From NCBI GenBank assembly GCA_965218585.1, contig CBDCLE010000002.1, positions 160,001-224,000 on the forward strand: a DNA stretch of 64,000 nt. The letters are read 5' to 3'. Below are positions 11,881 through 21,441 of the stretch, one piece after another. The first letter of the stretch is position 1. Each line of letters opens with the position of its first letter. A program made the translations under genes and the position numbers. The notes beneath the pieces are model-generated. The model was not told the DNA's origin, did not search any database, and saw only the letters and a program-made list of their open reading frames with translations. The stretch comes from Terriglobia bacterium. Its GTDB lineage: Bacteria > Acidobacteriota > Terriglobia > 20CM-2-55-15.

Positions 11881-13485
11881 ATGGCTAATGAAATTAGAAT
11901 GAACGACCTCCAACAACGACCTGGTACAGGAATCTTTTGGAGCCTTTTCCTCTCGTCGCTCCTGATTGCGGCTTGCCAGCCGGCTGAAGAACCCTCAGCT
12001 TCCGAGTTTCAGATAGAAGAAGCCACGATCAGCGAGATTCATGAGGCGATGGAGGCCGGCCGGTTGACGGCCGTGGGGTTGGTTGATTCTTATCTGGCGC
12101 GCATTGAGGCGTACGACAAACAAGGCCCGGCTCTGAACGCAATCATCCTTGTCAATCCCGAAGCACGTGAAAGGGCTGCAGAGTTGGATGAGGAATTCGC
12201 ACTTTCCGGCTTGACCGGCCCCCTCCACGGAATTCCGGTCATCGTAAAGGATAACTACGACACGTTTGACCTTCCAACCAGTGGGGGGTCGATGTCGCTT
12301 GAAGACTCCCTTCCACCAGACGATGCGCATCAAGTTCGAAAAATCCGCGAAGCCGGGGCGATCGTGTTGGCCAAATCAAATATGGCCGAGTTCGCTTTCT
12401 CTCCCTACGAAACGGTCGGATCACGGCTGGGTGGATACACACGGAATCCCTACGCACTGAACCGGGTCACGGCGGGATCCAGCGGTGGAACAGCGGCAGC
12501 GGTAGCCGCCAGCTTCGGCGCAGTGGGGCTGGGTACGGACACTGGGAATTCAATCAGAGGTCCGTCCGCCCACCAGAGCCTTGTGGGCATTCGCTCGACG
12601 ATGGGACTGACGAGCCGTGACGGCATCGTTCCGCTCAACCTCTCCCGGGACATAGGCGGCCCCATGGCCCGTACAGTAGCTGACGCGGTGGCCATCTTCG
12701 ATGTGATTGCGGGAACTGACCCGGCGGATCCGGCTACAGCCGAGGGAGGGGACCGACGTTCCGAGCGGTACGCCGATTTTCTTGTGCCAGACGGCCTGAC
12801 AGGAGCACGGATCGGGGTCCTCAGGGAAATGTCGGATGAAACGGCCGATCCCGCCGTGATCCAACGCCTGGATGAGGCCCTGGAAGATATGCGTCGGCTT
12901 GGGGCTGTCATCGTCGACCCGGCTGCTCTTCCTGAAGAACAGGAGGAGGAGGCGGGGAACGACGGTCCCGGATGCAGCCGCTTCAAGTTCGAGTTGAACG
13001 CTTACCTGACGAGTCTGGGGCCGGATGCGCCAGTCGGAAGCCTCGAGGAGATCATCGATTCAGGAGAGTTTCACCCGACGATCGCGCAGCGTCTCCGAGG
13101 AGCCCAGGATGTGGTCGAACCTCCCGAAGAGCAACCGGCATGCGAGCGACAGGCACAACGAGACGCCCGACTGCGGGAGAGGGTTCGGAGCATGCTGGAG
13201 GAGAACCAACTGGACGCGGTCGTTTATCCGACGTGGGACAATCCGCCCCGGCTCATCGGCGATCTCAATTCACCCCACGGAAACAACAGCCCACAGCTTT
13301 CACCCCCAACAGGGTTTCCTGCTATGACCGTACCCATGGGGTTTGTCGGTGAGGGATTGCCGGTCGGCCTCCAGATCCTGGGGGATGCCTGGTCGGAACC
13401 GACTCTGATCTCGATCGCATACTCGTACGAACAGGGGACGCAGCATCGCGTGCCACCACCTACGACACCGCGAATCGGTCAATAG
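11881..13485 (+). CDS. Amidase-signature family protein, probable lipoprotein
   Basis: VKDNYD, GSSGG, GTDTGNSIRGP; lipobox-like LIAAC; start uncertain (11863-11899). Confidence 0.92.
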   Translation: MANEIRMNDLQQRPGTGIFWSLFLSSLLIAACQPAEEPSASEFQIEEATISEIHEAMEAGRLTAVGLVDSYLARIEAYDKQGPALNAIILVNPEARERAAELDEEFALSGLTGPLHGIPVIVKDNYDTFDLPTSGGSMSLEDSLPPDDAHQVRKIREAGAIVLAKSNMAEFAFSPYETVGSRLGGYTRNPYALNRVTAGSSGGTAAAVAASFGAVGLGTDTGNSIRGPSAHQSLVGIRSTMGLTSRDGIVPLNLSRDIGGPMARTVADAVAIFDVIAGTDPADPATAEGGDRRSERYADFLVPDGLTGARIGVLREMSDETADPAVIQRLDEALEDMRRLGAVIVDPAALPEEQEEEAGNDGPGCSRFKFELNAYLTSLGPDAPVGSLEEIIDSGEFHPTIAQRLRGAQDVVEPPEEQPACERQAQRDARLRERVRSMLEENQLDAVVYPTWDNPPRLIGDLNSPHGNNSPQLSPPTGFPAMTVPMGFVGEGLPVGLQILGDAWSEPTLISIAYSYEQGTQHRVPPPTTPRIGQ

Positions 13486-13490
13486 ACCAG

Positions 13491-13955
13491 ATGACAGATA
13501 CTGACAACGTCGGAGTAGCGTTTCATCCGCCCCTCCTGCTGTTAGGTTCGATCGTTGCGGGCTTTGCTGTGCGCTGGCTCGCACCCCTGACCTTTCTTCC
13601 GGAGGCGCTCACCTTTTCAGTCGGCCTTCCTGTTACCGCCATCTCTTTTGCACTGTTTTTCTGGGCCGTCGGCACAATGCGGGGAAGTGGAGCCTCAATA
13701 CCGACAAACGAACCCACAGCGTTCATCGTGTCGGGAGGACCTTACGGCTTCTCGCGCAATCCCATTTATCTGTCGATGCTGCTGCTTCAGGTCGGAATCG
13801 CCTTCTGGGCAAACAGCCTCTGGTTCATCGGAATCGCGGGAGTGTCGGCCCTACTTCTCGTGTGGGGTGTAATTCGACGCGAAGAATGGTATCTGGAACG
13901 GAAATTCGGGGAGGATTACGTCGCCTACCGGACACGCGTGCGGCGCTGGCTATGA
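13491..13955 (+). CDS. Isoprenylcysteine carboxyl methyltransferase (PEMT/ICMT) family membrane protein
   Basis: GPYGFSRNPIYL, EEWYLERKFGEDY..Y...VRRWL. Confidence 0.9.
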   Translation: MTDTDNVGVAFHPPLLLLGSIVAGFAVRWLAPLTFLPEALTFSVGLPVTAISFALFFWAVGTMRGSGASIPTNEPTAFIVSGGPYGFSRNPIYLSMLLLQVGIAFWANSLWFIGIAGVSALLLVWGVIRREEWYLERKFGEDYVAYRTRVRRWL

Positions 13956-14009
13956 CGTCGATCCTTACTCTTTTCCAGGTTACAGAACTGTAGGAAAGGC
14001 ACTTAAATC

Positions 14010-14609
14010 TTAGTCGCGTACTACCCGGCTGAGCGCGTGGATCTGTGCGAGGTTCTCTCGCATTTCGACAAACTCTTCGACCTGAATGCCGCCGCCTTGA
14101 AACGTCTCGATCGTCTCAACTATCTGTTTCACCATCGGGCTGAGTTCGACCAGTCCCGACCGAACATCGCCCTCAGAAGGGTCTTCGACTTCTATGGGCT
14201 CCACGTCAAATCGCCACTCGAAGAATTCGATCATCTGCCCGGCGACTTCTTCCAGATCCTCCACCCGATCCTCAAGGTCTCTCCGAACCTGCCTGTCTGA
14301 AACTCGGTCGTATTGACCCGCCCAGTCTTCTTCTCCAAGTTCGGACAGCTTCACGACGTTCTCCCCGAAGCGTTCCATCTGAAGCCGTTCGTATCTCGCC
14401 CTTCCCTCGGGTGTGTTCCAGAAATTCGCACCAAAGCCGGGGGTGTTAAATCCCTCCAGATCGAATCCCTTATCGAGATATTCCAGATCGGTCCTCCGCC
14501 CCCCGCTGGTCGGGCTGGCGGGACCCAGCCCCTGGGCACTCGCCTCGGACGCTATCATCAGAAGAGCGCTTGCCATTAACACGGACCGGACAACTAATTT
14601 AAGGGTCAT
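14010..14609 (-). CDS. Hypothetical exported acidic helical protein
   Basis: RBS GGAGGAG before MTLKLVV; signal peptide ending ASA-Q. Confidence 0.6.
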   Translation of the reverse strand: MTLKLVVRSVLMASALLMIASEASAQGLGPASPTSGGRRTDLEYLDKGFDLEGFNTPGFGANFWNTPEGRARYERLQMERFGENVVKLSELGEEDWAGQYDRVSDRQVRRDLEDRVEDLEEVAGQMIEFFEWRFDVEPIEVEDPSEGDVRSGLVELSPMVKQIVETIETFQGGGIQVEEFVEMRENLAQIHALSRVVRD

Positions 14610-14727
14610 GTCGGAGTCTCCTCCCGGCATCCTGCGCCTTTGACGCTGAATGTGCAAGAAAAAGCGCAGGTAGCCCAGGATTTTGGAGATTTGACTGTCT
14701 ATTCGGTCCGTATCTTGTTCCAACAGC

Positions 14728-15036
14728 TCAGACTTCGATCTCTATGTCGTCGCCTGTGACACGAACCGTGTAGCACGGAACACTGCCGGATGCCGGTGGC
14801 GAAAGGGCTTCGCCGGTGGTGAGATCAAACTTGGCGGCGTGCCATGGGCAAGTGACCACACTCCCTGCGACGGCCCCGCCTGAGAGCGGTGCGCCCTGAT
14901 GGGTGCACGAGCCGCCGATCGCGTAGCAGGTACCATCCACATTGAAGATGGCAACTTTATTGCCACCCACCTCAACTGTTTTGCCTTGACCGGCGGGCAC
15001 GTCCCCCGTACTGGCCGCCTTCACGAACTCTCCCAT
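14728..15036 (-). CDS. Rieske [2Fe-2S] ferredoxin
   Basis: CTHQG and CPWH motifs; RBS AAGGAGG. Confidence 0.93.
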   Translation of the reverse strand: MGEFVKAASTGDVPAGQGKTVEVGGNKVAIFNVDGTCYAIGGSCTHQGAPLSGGAVAGSVVTCPWHAAKFDLTTGEALSPPASGSVPCYTVRVTGDDIEIEV

Positions 15037-15318
15037 TCCTAACCTCCTTAATCCTTACTGACAAGATCATGCCAAAACATCAATGAAACATTAGACAACG
15101 ACATACGATAGTATTCCTTTCCGTTCGAAAACGGTACTGACCGGGCCAATTTTCCAGCCTCCAAAGTGATTTCTTCGGAATTTCCTGTAGCGCTCCCTCA
15201 AATTTCTTGACTCGAACGTGACACAAGATGATCGTAGTGGGGTCAGATGGTTTCTGACGCGACGAGAACTGGGGCAGACATCGATCGTGCCCCCTGGCTG
15301 CATGGAGGCGGCCACGCA

Positions 15319-15456
15319 ATGGACACACTCACCACCGACCAAAACCATCGACTCGACGAAGCTATTGACTGGATCGACACCTTCGCTGACGAACTTTTCG
15401 ACAATGAAGACGCGCAGTTGATCGACGCTCTTCTGGGAGCAGAAGACATTCGATAG
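15319..15456 (+). CDS. Small acidic hypothetical protein (45 aa)
   Basis: GGAGG upstream of ATG; MDTLTTDQNHRLDEAIDWIDTFADELF...; fills the gap between neighbouring genes. Confidence 0.45.
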   Translation: MDTLTTDQNHRLDEAIDWIDTFADELFDNEDAQLIDALLGAEDIR

Positions 15457-15479
15457 GCCCAAACCGATTCTTGACGGGG

Positions 15480-15932
15480 CTAGACACGGTCGTGATCGGC
15501 CTGCCAATCGCGGACCATCTTCTTGATTGCCGTGGAATCCTGAATGTCTTCGTCCAGAACCTTGCGCAACAGTTCGGGCATCTCCGCGTCCGAAGAAAAA
15601 CGGAGCGAAGCGAATTGCTTCATCCCTAGAGCCGGGATTCTCTGGTGGTCCTCAGGCGGCAGGATCTTCTCCAACCTGCTTCGCATCTCGACGCGAATGA
15701 TCCGATCCTGCAATTGCAGAGCATAGTGACGGACGAGTCCGACGCCGATGAAACTCCCTGCGCCGCTCAACATTAGTCCGCCGGCAATGAAATAGGGACC
15801 TCGATCGCCGTCCAGCAGAAACACTCCTACAAAAGCCGAGAGCGTTCCCAGCAGAATGAGCAGCAACGCCAGGGCCCAGGGCCTTGGCTTGACGGTATGA
15901 TTTTCAAAAGTTTGAGGAACTGCCTCTCCCAT
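15480..15932 (-). CDS. DUF6526-like membrane protein
   Basis: QTFENH, LQDRIIRVEMR.RL, LRFSSDAE, IK..V.DWQADH.RV. Confidence 0.75.
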   Translation of the reverse strand: MGEAVPQTFENHTVKPRPWALALLLILLGTLSAFVGVFLLDGDRGPYFIAGGLMLSGAGSFIGVGLVRHYALQLQDRIIRVEMRSRLEKILPPEDHQRIPALGMKQFASLRFSSDAEMPELLRKVLDEDIQDSTAIKKMVRDWQADHDRV

Positions 15933-15976
15933 AATGACTCTCCTTGTTCAAAACTGAATCTGGAAGCGACCTTCTT

Positions 15977-16001
15977 CTGTAGGTGCGCTCTGTGAGCGCA
16001 C
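15977..16001 (+). repeat. GTAG-type REP-like palindrome, single copy
   Basis: CTGTAG GTGCGCTC TGT GAGCGCAC; same stem as in the 21355-21410 doublet. Confidence 0.7.
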
Positions 16002-16046
16002 GATAACACGCAACTGCTGGGGCGTGCGCCGTGGACGCACATACCT

Positions 16047-16562
16047 TCATTCCTCCAACTCTCCGAACTCATGGGAGTAGCCGACAAGTCCGCCATCAAC
16101 CGGCATAGCGCCCTCTTTCAACTCCAGAACCATGAAGGCTTCGTCCACCCCATACTCGTTGCCCAAACCGAACCGGCTCGCGCGCCGAAACCCGAAACGC
16201 GGGTAGTAGGACGGATGTCCGAGAAGAACAACGAAACCGATGGATCTTTCCCGACACATTCGGAGGCCTTCCCGAATGAGCTGGCCGCCGATGCCCTGAT
16301 TTTGAAATTCCGGGAGGACGCCGACCGGACCCAAACCCACACCGACCGAATCGGGCAGCTTCTCTACTCGAACCGGACTGAAAGCGACGTGGCCAACGAG
16401 GTTTGACGTGGGGACCGCAACGAGACTCAGGGAGAGATTGCCATTTTCACGCAGGCGGTCTACGAGTCGAGATTCTTCGTCCCCAGGGAAGGCCGCTCGA
16501 TGTACCTGGCGAATTGCTTCCAGGTCCTCGAGTCCCTCAAGGCGAACAACAGCCTTACTCAC
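16047..16562 (-). CDS. GNAT N-acetyltransferase (YhbS-like)
   Basis: E..LVDRLR, VGHVAFSPV, QNQGIGGQL, VLLGHPSYYPRFGF. Confidence 0.9.
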   Translation of the reverse strand: MSKAVVRLEGLEDLEAIRQVHRAAFPGDEESRLVDRLRENGNLSLSLVAVPTSNLVGHVAFSPVRVEKLPDSVGVGLGPVGVLPEFQNQGIGGQLIREGLRMCRERSIGFVVLLGHPSYYPRFGFRRASRFGLGNEYGVDEAFMVLELKEGAMPVDGGLVGYSHEFGELEE

Positions 16563-16711
16563 CTGCCTTGGCTAGCCTCAACCGCGTACACGCAAAGCCG
16601 TTTCTTCCAGCGCAGGATTTCCTTTCCATTTGCATGCCGACCGTTCGAGCAACACGGGCGTGAGTGTAGATTTCCAGGATCGATCAACGAAACAAGGCGT
16701 TCGTCCCTCAC

Positions 16712-17260
16712 TCATCCCCGGTCAAGGTCGGGAGTCACGGACCCGGAGAGCAGGATGCTGAGCAGGGCCAGAACGAGCGAACCAAGCACCAAAGAACCTG
16801 GATACGACAGCAATGAATCGGACACGCTGGAGAGTCCGGCTGTCAGTTCGCCCAGAAGTGACTGAACCGTATTCCAATTCCAATACAACCCTACGAGAGA
16901 TCCCGGATATGACTCCAGGGTTTCGGACAAACTCGACACGCCAGCTGCCAGGTCGTTCAGAACCGACTGAACTCTGTTCCAGGTCCAGTACAACCCTACA
17001 GCCACAATAGTTGCGGCCACGCCCTGAATCGATGTCTTCACAAACCGGACGGTCCGCTCCTTGCCGGCCTGCTTCCGGGATATCTGCGCCTTTAGCCATA
17101 CCAGTTCAGGATCTGGTAGTGAGCTCTCGCTCTCGGCACTTGTTGCGAGAGACTGCATCCACTCGGCGGTCGACGCGATCTCTTCGCAGGAGGCGCACTC
17201 ATCGACATGACTCCTGAGAGACTCTTCCCAATCGTCACTCCGCACGGCCTCCAGGGCTGG
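16712..17260 (-). pseudogene. Zinc-finger (HxxxCxxC) membrane anti-sigma-like protein lacking its own start
   Basis: LRSHVDECASCEE, LPDPELVW, TM segments; 5' end joined out of frame to the sigma gene. Confidence 0.65.
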
Positions 17261-17607
17261 GGGACGGCCTTTTCGCGCCACCGTTGTTCCCGTTTCGCTG
17301 CTCTCCAATGGTCCGACACCAACGAGCCTGCCGTCTTGTAGAGATACGACCGGACCTGAAACTCGTTCAGTTCAGGGAGCTCGGCCCTAACAAGGCGATA
17401 GAAACATTCCTGAAGCAGGTCATCGGCCAGATCCCGGTCGCCGCACATCAGAGATAAGTACGACCGCAGCTTTCCCGCGGTCCTCTCATAGAAACGCCTG
17501 AATTCGGCCTCGTCCATCCTGATGGACTCCCGGCTGACTTCGCCCGCGAGTGCATCCGCTCCCGCGGCCAAGTCCAGAACTCGTTGAGCAGTCAAGTTTA
17601 CAGCCAT
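17261..17607 (-). pseudogene. ECF sigma factor, region 2 only (region 4 absent)
   Basis: FRRFYE...ADDLLQECFYRL...SYLYKTA..LVSDHWR; no region 4 HTH in the following sequence. Confidence 0.75.
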
Positions 17608-17641
17608 CGGTCTTCACTGGGACGACAGAGTATGCCGCACT

Positions 17642-18133
17642 TCAAGGCAGTTGGTCGACTTGGGTTGGCCGTTCGGCCTCTGATGGTTCCCACTTCTTCG
17701 AAATTCGGCCCATGACCGCACTGGAAATCAAAAATCCGATCCCGAGGGCAAGCAAAATGACACCTGGAGCCAGCAACTCCTCTCCTGCCGCTGTAAGCGC
17801 CAACATAGCCAATCCTAAAACTGTCAAAACAATCCCAGGCACGATCATTCTCATCGCCCTTGCCCGTGGATCAAAGAATCGGTCAAGAAAGGCGGCCCTT
17901 CTGCTTCTGTGTTGGCCGATTTGATCCAGGAAGCGTTGGCCGTTGTCAGTTGCAAGAAAGTTTGCCAGTTCTTTTCCGGAATCGAATTTGTCAAGAAAAC
18001 GCTTCTGAGTATCAGCTCGATGCAGAGCATCCGTTGCATTTGAACGGTGTCCAATCTGAACCAGCAGCACGATCATCGTAAATAGCCCCACAAAGATTAT
18101 CGTCGGGACTACAATTTCTGCTATTTCTGCCAT
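17642..18133 (-). CDS. Membrane protein (DUF6249-like), first gene of the ECF operon
   Basis: Three TM segments; LDKFDSGKELANFLATDNGQRFL. Confidence 0.65.
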   Translation of the reverse strand: MAEIAEIVVPTIIFVGLFTMIVLLVQIGHRSNATDALHRADTQKRFLDKFDSGKELANFLATDNGQRFLDQIGQHRSRRAAFLDRFFDPRARAMRMIVPGIVLTVLGLAMLALTAAGEELLAPGVILLALGIGFLISSAVMGRISKKWEPSEAERPTQVDQLP

Positions 18134-18211
18134 TTCATCCCCCTATACACAGTTCGTCAAACGCCTGATTCCATAGAACATCTTTCGATCTTCTAATCAA
18201 TGTCATCACTT

Positions 18212-18240
18212 ACAACGCTTTAGGATGGGAAAGGGTTAAC
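18212..18240 (-). promoter_or_regulatory. Putative ECF autoregulatory promoter
   Basis: Minus strand GTTAAC-N17-CGTTGT fits the generic ECF AAC-N17-CGT pattern, about 80 nt upstream of the operon. Confidence 0.55.
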
Positions 18241-18492
18241 AGACTTGGGAAGAATCTTGAATTCCTTGCGGTAGGCCATTCCCGATCAACGCGCTTTCCG
18301 GGCCAGAAACGCGAGACGGCCCCGGGCAAGCCGGTAGCCGCCATGAATTCTCGGGGCCATCTTCGGCCAAAACTTTGTCGGCGCAATCGATTTCACATTG
18401 GGATTCCGCGACCGAAACAACGCTATACTACGTGCCTCAGGTTTCAACATCTGAAGACTTTCTTCCAACAAGACTAAGGGGAACAACCAAAC

Positions 18493-18810
18493 ATGCCCTG
18501 GCAGGACAAATCAGGGTTCGGCTTTACGCAATCTGGCATTTTGGGGCACTCGGAAGAGGAGCCCGGTGTCTTCGGGCTGTTCCGGGACGAAGGGTGGGTC
18601 TTTATCGGTTACGCAGACAACATCCGGGCGAGCCTTCTCGCGCTGCTGACGCGGCCCGAATTCCAGCGGGAGAAACCGGAAGGATTCGTTTTCGAGAATT
18701 GGCCAGTGGATCGTTGTATCCAGCGGAGGGACGAACTGGTCCTGGAATACTATCCGACACTCAACCTGAAGATCGGCGGCCTGCCCGAGGGTCCAAAAGA
18801 CAACGAATAA
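18493..18810 (+). CDS. Hypothetical protein, degenerate GIY-YIG-like
   Basis: PGVFGLF...WVFIGYADNIRASL...RRDELVLEYYPTLN. Confidence 0.55.
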   Translation: MPWQDKSGFGFTQSGILGHSEEEPGVFGLFRDEGWVFIGYADNIRASLLALLTRPEFQREKPEGFVFENWPVDRCIQRRDELVLEYYPTLNLKIGGLPEGPKDNE

Positions 18811-18936
18811 TTCTTCCCTTCCGACACTTGTTCCCGACGCGCAGGCGGTCAAGCGACTTACCTCACACCGACAGATCTCTTTCCGTGGCTTCAAGCCTTT
18901 GCCTGTGATGCCGGGAATCCGTTAGAGTCATAAACC

Positions 18937-19827
18937 GTGAGCCTTGAGAGGACGGCGAAAAACACGCGGCTAGGCTACGTTCAAATGGCCATCGGTGCGG
19001 CGTTGATCAGCTTTTCAGCCGTGTTCGTGAGAGGATCCGACCTCGGCCCCATCATGGCAGGCTTCTACAGAAATCTTTTCGGCGGGATTTTTCTACTGAT
19101 CCTTGTCCTTTATCGACGAGAAGCCTTGTGGCGAGGTGGGCGTCCCTTTCTGATAGCCCTTGTCGCGGCGGCGTTCTTTGCAGCAGATCTCAGCTTCTGG
19201 CACCGCTCGATCCTGTTTGTGGGACCGGGTCTGGCAACATTGATAGCCAATTTTCAGGTCTTCTTCCTTGCAGGCTTCGGAATCCTGGTTTTCAAAGAGG
19301 CCGCCGGATGGAGGCTTCTGATCTCGATTCCGCTGGCCGTTACCGGATTGTTCATGCTCGTCGGCATCGACTGGAACAGGCTCGAAGCCAACTACCAGCT
19401 CGGCGTCTACCTCGGCCTTGCTTCGGCCCTCGCCTACTCGCTTTATCTGTTGGTCCTGCGTAAGTCTCAGTCCGATACCCCTCGGCTGGGGGCATCGGTC
19501 AACCTTTTGATCATTTCATTTGCTGTTGCCGCGGTCATGGGTGCTGAGGGTTACTTGCAGGGTGAAAGCTTCCTCATCCCGGACCTTCGGAACTGGACAT
19601 TGATGGTCGGTTATGGGGTACTCAGCCATTCCCTCGGCTGGATCGCAATCAGTCGAGGTATCCCCCGGCTGGACGCATCGCGAGCCGGACTGATCCTGCT
19701 GTCCCAACCGGTGATGACATTTGCCTGGGATGTGCTTTTCTTCGGAAGGGTCCTGAGCCTGGTCGACATCAGTGGTGCAGCCCTGGCTCTGGGAGCGATT
19801 TATCTGGGAGGTATGCGAAAGCGATAA
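18937..19827 (+). CDS. DMT/EamA family transporter
   Basis: ISFSAVFV, ADLSFWHRSI..VGPGLAT, LLSQPV; about 10 TM segments. Confidence 0.88.
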   Translation: MSLERTAKNTRLGYVQMAIGAALISFSAVFVRGSDLGPIMAGFYRNLFGGIFLLILVLYRREALWRGGRPFLIALVAAAFFAADLSFWHRSILFVGPGLATLIANFQVFFLAGFGILVFKEAAGWRLLISIPLAVTGLFMLVGIDWNRLEANYQLGVYLGLASALAYSLYLLVLRKSQSDTPRLGASVNLLIISFAVAAVMGAEGYLQGESFLIPDLRNWTLMVGYGVLSHSLGWIAISRGIPRLDASRAGLILLSQPVMTFAWDVLFFGRVLSLVDISGAALALGAIYLGGMRKR

Positions 19828-19954
19828 AAGAGGCGTTCACGATGCCGCAAACCCTCTGAAGTACCCGATCCAACTAGCAAAATTCGTGAAACTTTGCTGC
19901 TAAGACCCTTGGTGGATTCTTACTGGGTTAATTGGCGGGTCACCACGATTGCAC

Positions 19955-21319
19955 GAGGTCATTACAAAAGGTGTGTAAAAGTCATCAGGCGGCGGCCTTC
20001 GATTTCATCACGACTCTGATGCCGTCAGCGAATTGCTGACCATCATAGACCTCTTGTAAGAGTTCGGATCCTTTTAAGTGTCGCCAAGCCTTCTCAGCGA
20101 CACGTAGTAGCTTCCAGATCATTGCCGTTGCATTCTCGACACGCTTGAATCGGCGAGCGGCGTTGGTACGGAGGCGAACCATGTCGAAGGGCGATTCGAC
20201 GATGTTGGTTGTTCTCAGATGCACCCAGTGTTGTTTCGGGAACTCATAGAAAGTAATCATCCGGTCCCAGTCCCGCAACAGCGTCTCACCCGCTTTGGGA
20301 TAGTTCTTCTCATATCGGCGGACGAACTGATCCCGCTTTCGTTCGCAGGCCGCGCGGGAGTTCGCGAAGGCCATCCCATGAAGCAGCTGTCTGGCCGCGG
20401 GCTGCTCGGTCTTCGGCAGATGATCGACCACGTTGATCGACTTGTGGTTCCAGCAGCGTTGTTCCTGGCCCTGGGGCTGTTGCTCGGCCAGCGCGGACCA
20501 GATGCCCAGGTGACCGTCCGCGACAGTCAGCCGTCCCAGCTTCAGGCCCCGTCTCTGGAGATTGCGCAGAATGCGGCTCCAGGACTCCTTGCTTTCCCGC
20601 TGCCCGCTCTCACAGGCCAACACCACTTTGCGCCCGTCTGACAAGGCTCCGATGATCACCAGCAATGCCGCTCGCTCTTTCGCGATCCCCGCTTTCACGT
20701 ACAAGCCGTCTGCCCACTGGTACACGACCTCGAGGCCGGACAGGTCCTGCTGGACCCACTCGTCATACTCCAACTGCCAGGTCGATTTCAGTCGTTGGAT
20801 CGATGCTCGCGACAACGGAGCGCCAGCGCCAAGCAGTCCGCGCATGGCCTGCTCGAAGTCCCCTGTGGCCAGACCGTGGAGGTAGAGATCGGGAAGTAGC
20901 TCGCCCAGCTGTTTCGATTTCCGTCGAAAATACGGCAGGATCTGACTCTCGAACCGCTCGGCGGTGTTTCGAACCCGAGGTCGTCGAACCTCCATCGTAC
21001 CGTTCATCATTGCGAAGCGTCGCGGCTTCCCGTGACCGTTCCGGTATCCTCGTCGATTCGGACTCCGCTCCAACTTTTCCCGACCCAGAAATTGAGTGAC
21101 TTCGTCCTCGAGCAGCTCCTGTAGCCAGACTTGGACCCGGGATCGCGCCCAGTCCTCCAAACCTTCATACGCGTTCGTTGACGCCACTGATGCCGGTATG
21201 TTCTTCTTCTTCATGGGTGGTGTACCTTTCTCCCGATTGCTGCCGGGATTGCTTAGGGTTTCGGATTCACCGAAAGCGTACACCGCCTTCTCTTTTTACA
21301 CACCGATTGGAACGACCTC
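19955..21319 (-). mobile_element. IS256-family insertion sequence, full length (1365 bp), 8-bp target duplication GATTGCAC
   Basis: Imperfect terminal inverted repeats GAGGTC...GACCTC; TSD at 19947-19954 and 21320-21327. Confidence 0.96.
19985..21214 (-). CDS. IS256 (Mutator-family) DDE transposase
   Basis: GYRNG, WADG, VADGHLG, QRCWNH, RTTNIVES; start uncertain (21214 or 21283). Confidence 0.94.
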   Translation of the reverse strand: MKKKNIPASVASTNAYEGLEDWARSRVQVWLQELLEDEVTQFLGREKLERSPNRRGYRNGHGKPRRFAMMNGTMEVRRPRVRNTAERFESQILPYFRRKSKQLGELLPDLYLHGLATGDFEQAMRGLLGAGAPLSRASIQRLKSTWQLEYDEWVQQDLSGLEVVYQWADGLYVKAGIAKERAALLVIIGALSDGRKVVLACESGQRESKESWSRILRNLQRRGLKLGRLTVADGHLGIWSALAEQQPQGQEQRCWNHKSINVVDHLPKTEQPAARQLLHGMAFANSRAACERKRDQFVRRYEKNYPKAGETLLRDWDRMITFYEFPKQHWVHLRTTNIVESPFDMVRLRTNAARRFKRVENATAMIWKLLRVAEKAWRHLKGSELLQEVYDGQQFADGIRVVMKSKAAA

Positions 21320-21354
21320 GATTGCACATGAACTCGACGAAAAGTCGAATCCAA

Positions 21355-21410
21355 CTGTAGGGGCGGTCTGTGACCGCCCATTATTGTGCGCTCGTAGAGC
21401 GCACCTACAG
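21355..21410. repeat. Inverted doublet of GTAG-type REP-like palindromes (REPIN-like)
   Basis: CTGTAG GGGCGGTC TGT GACCGCCC attatt GTGCGCTC GTA GAGCGCAC CTACAG. Confidence 0.75.
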
Positions 21411-21441
21411 AGTCCATTGATTTTCAAACTGACCCACTACC

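Noticed and set aside
3742-19827. Integron cassette array (many short GNAT, DMT and DinB-type genes)
   Set aside because: Genes alternate in orientation and no repeated attC-like site was visible between them.
7043-21319. Composite transposon or inversion bounded by the two inverted IS256 copies
   Set aside because: Each copy has its own matching 8-bp target duplication (CTTGCGGA; GATTGCAC), showing independent insertions and no recombination between them.
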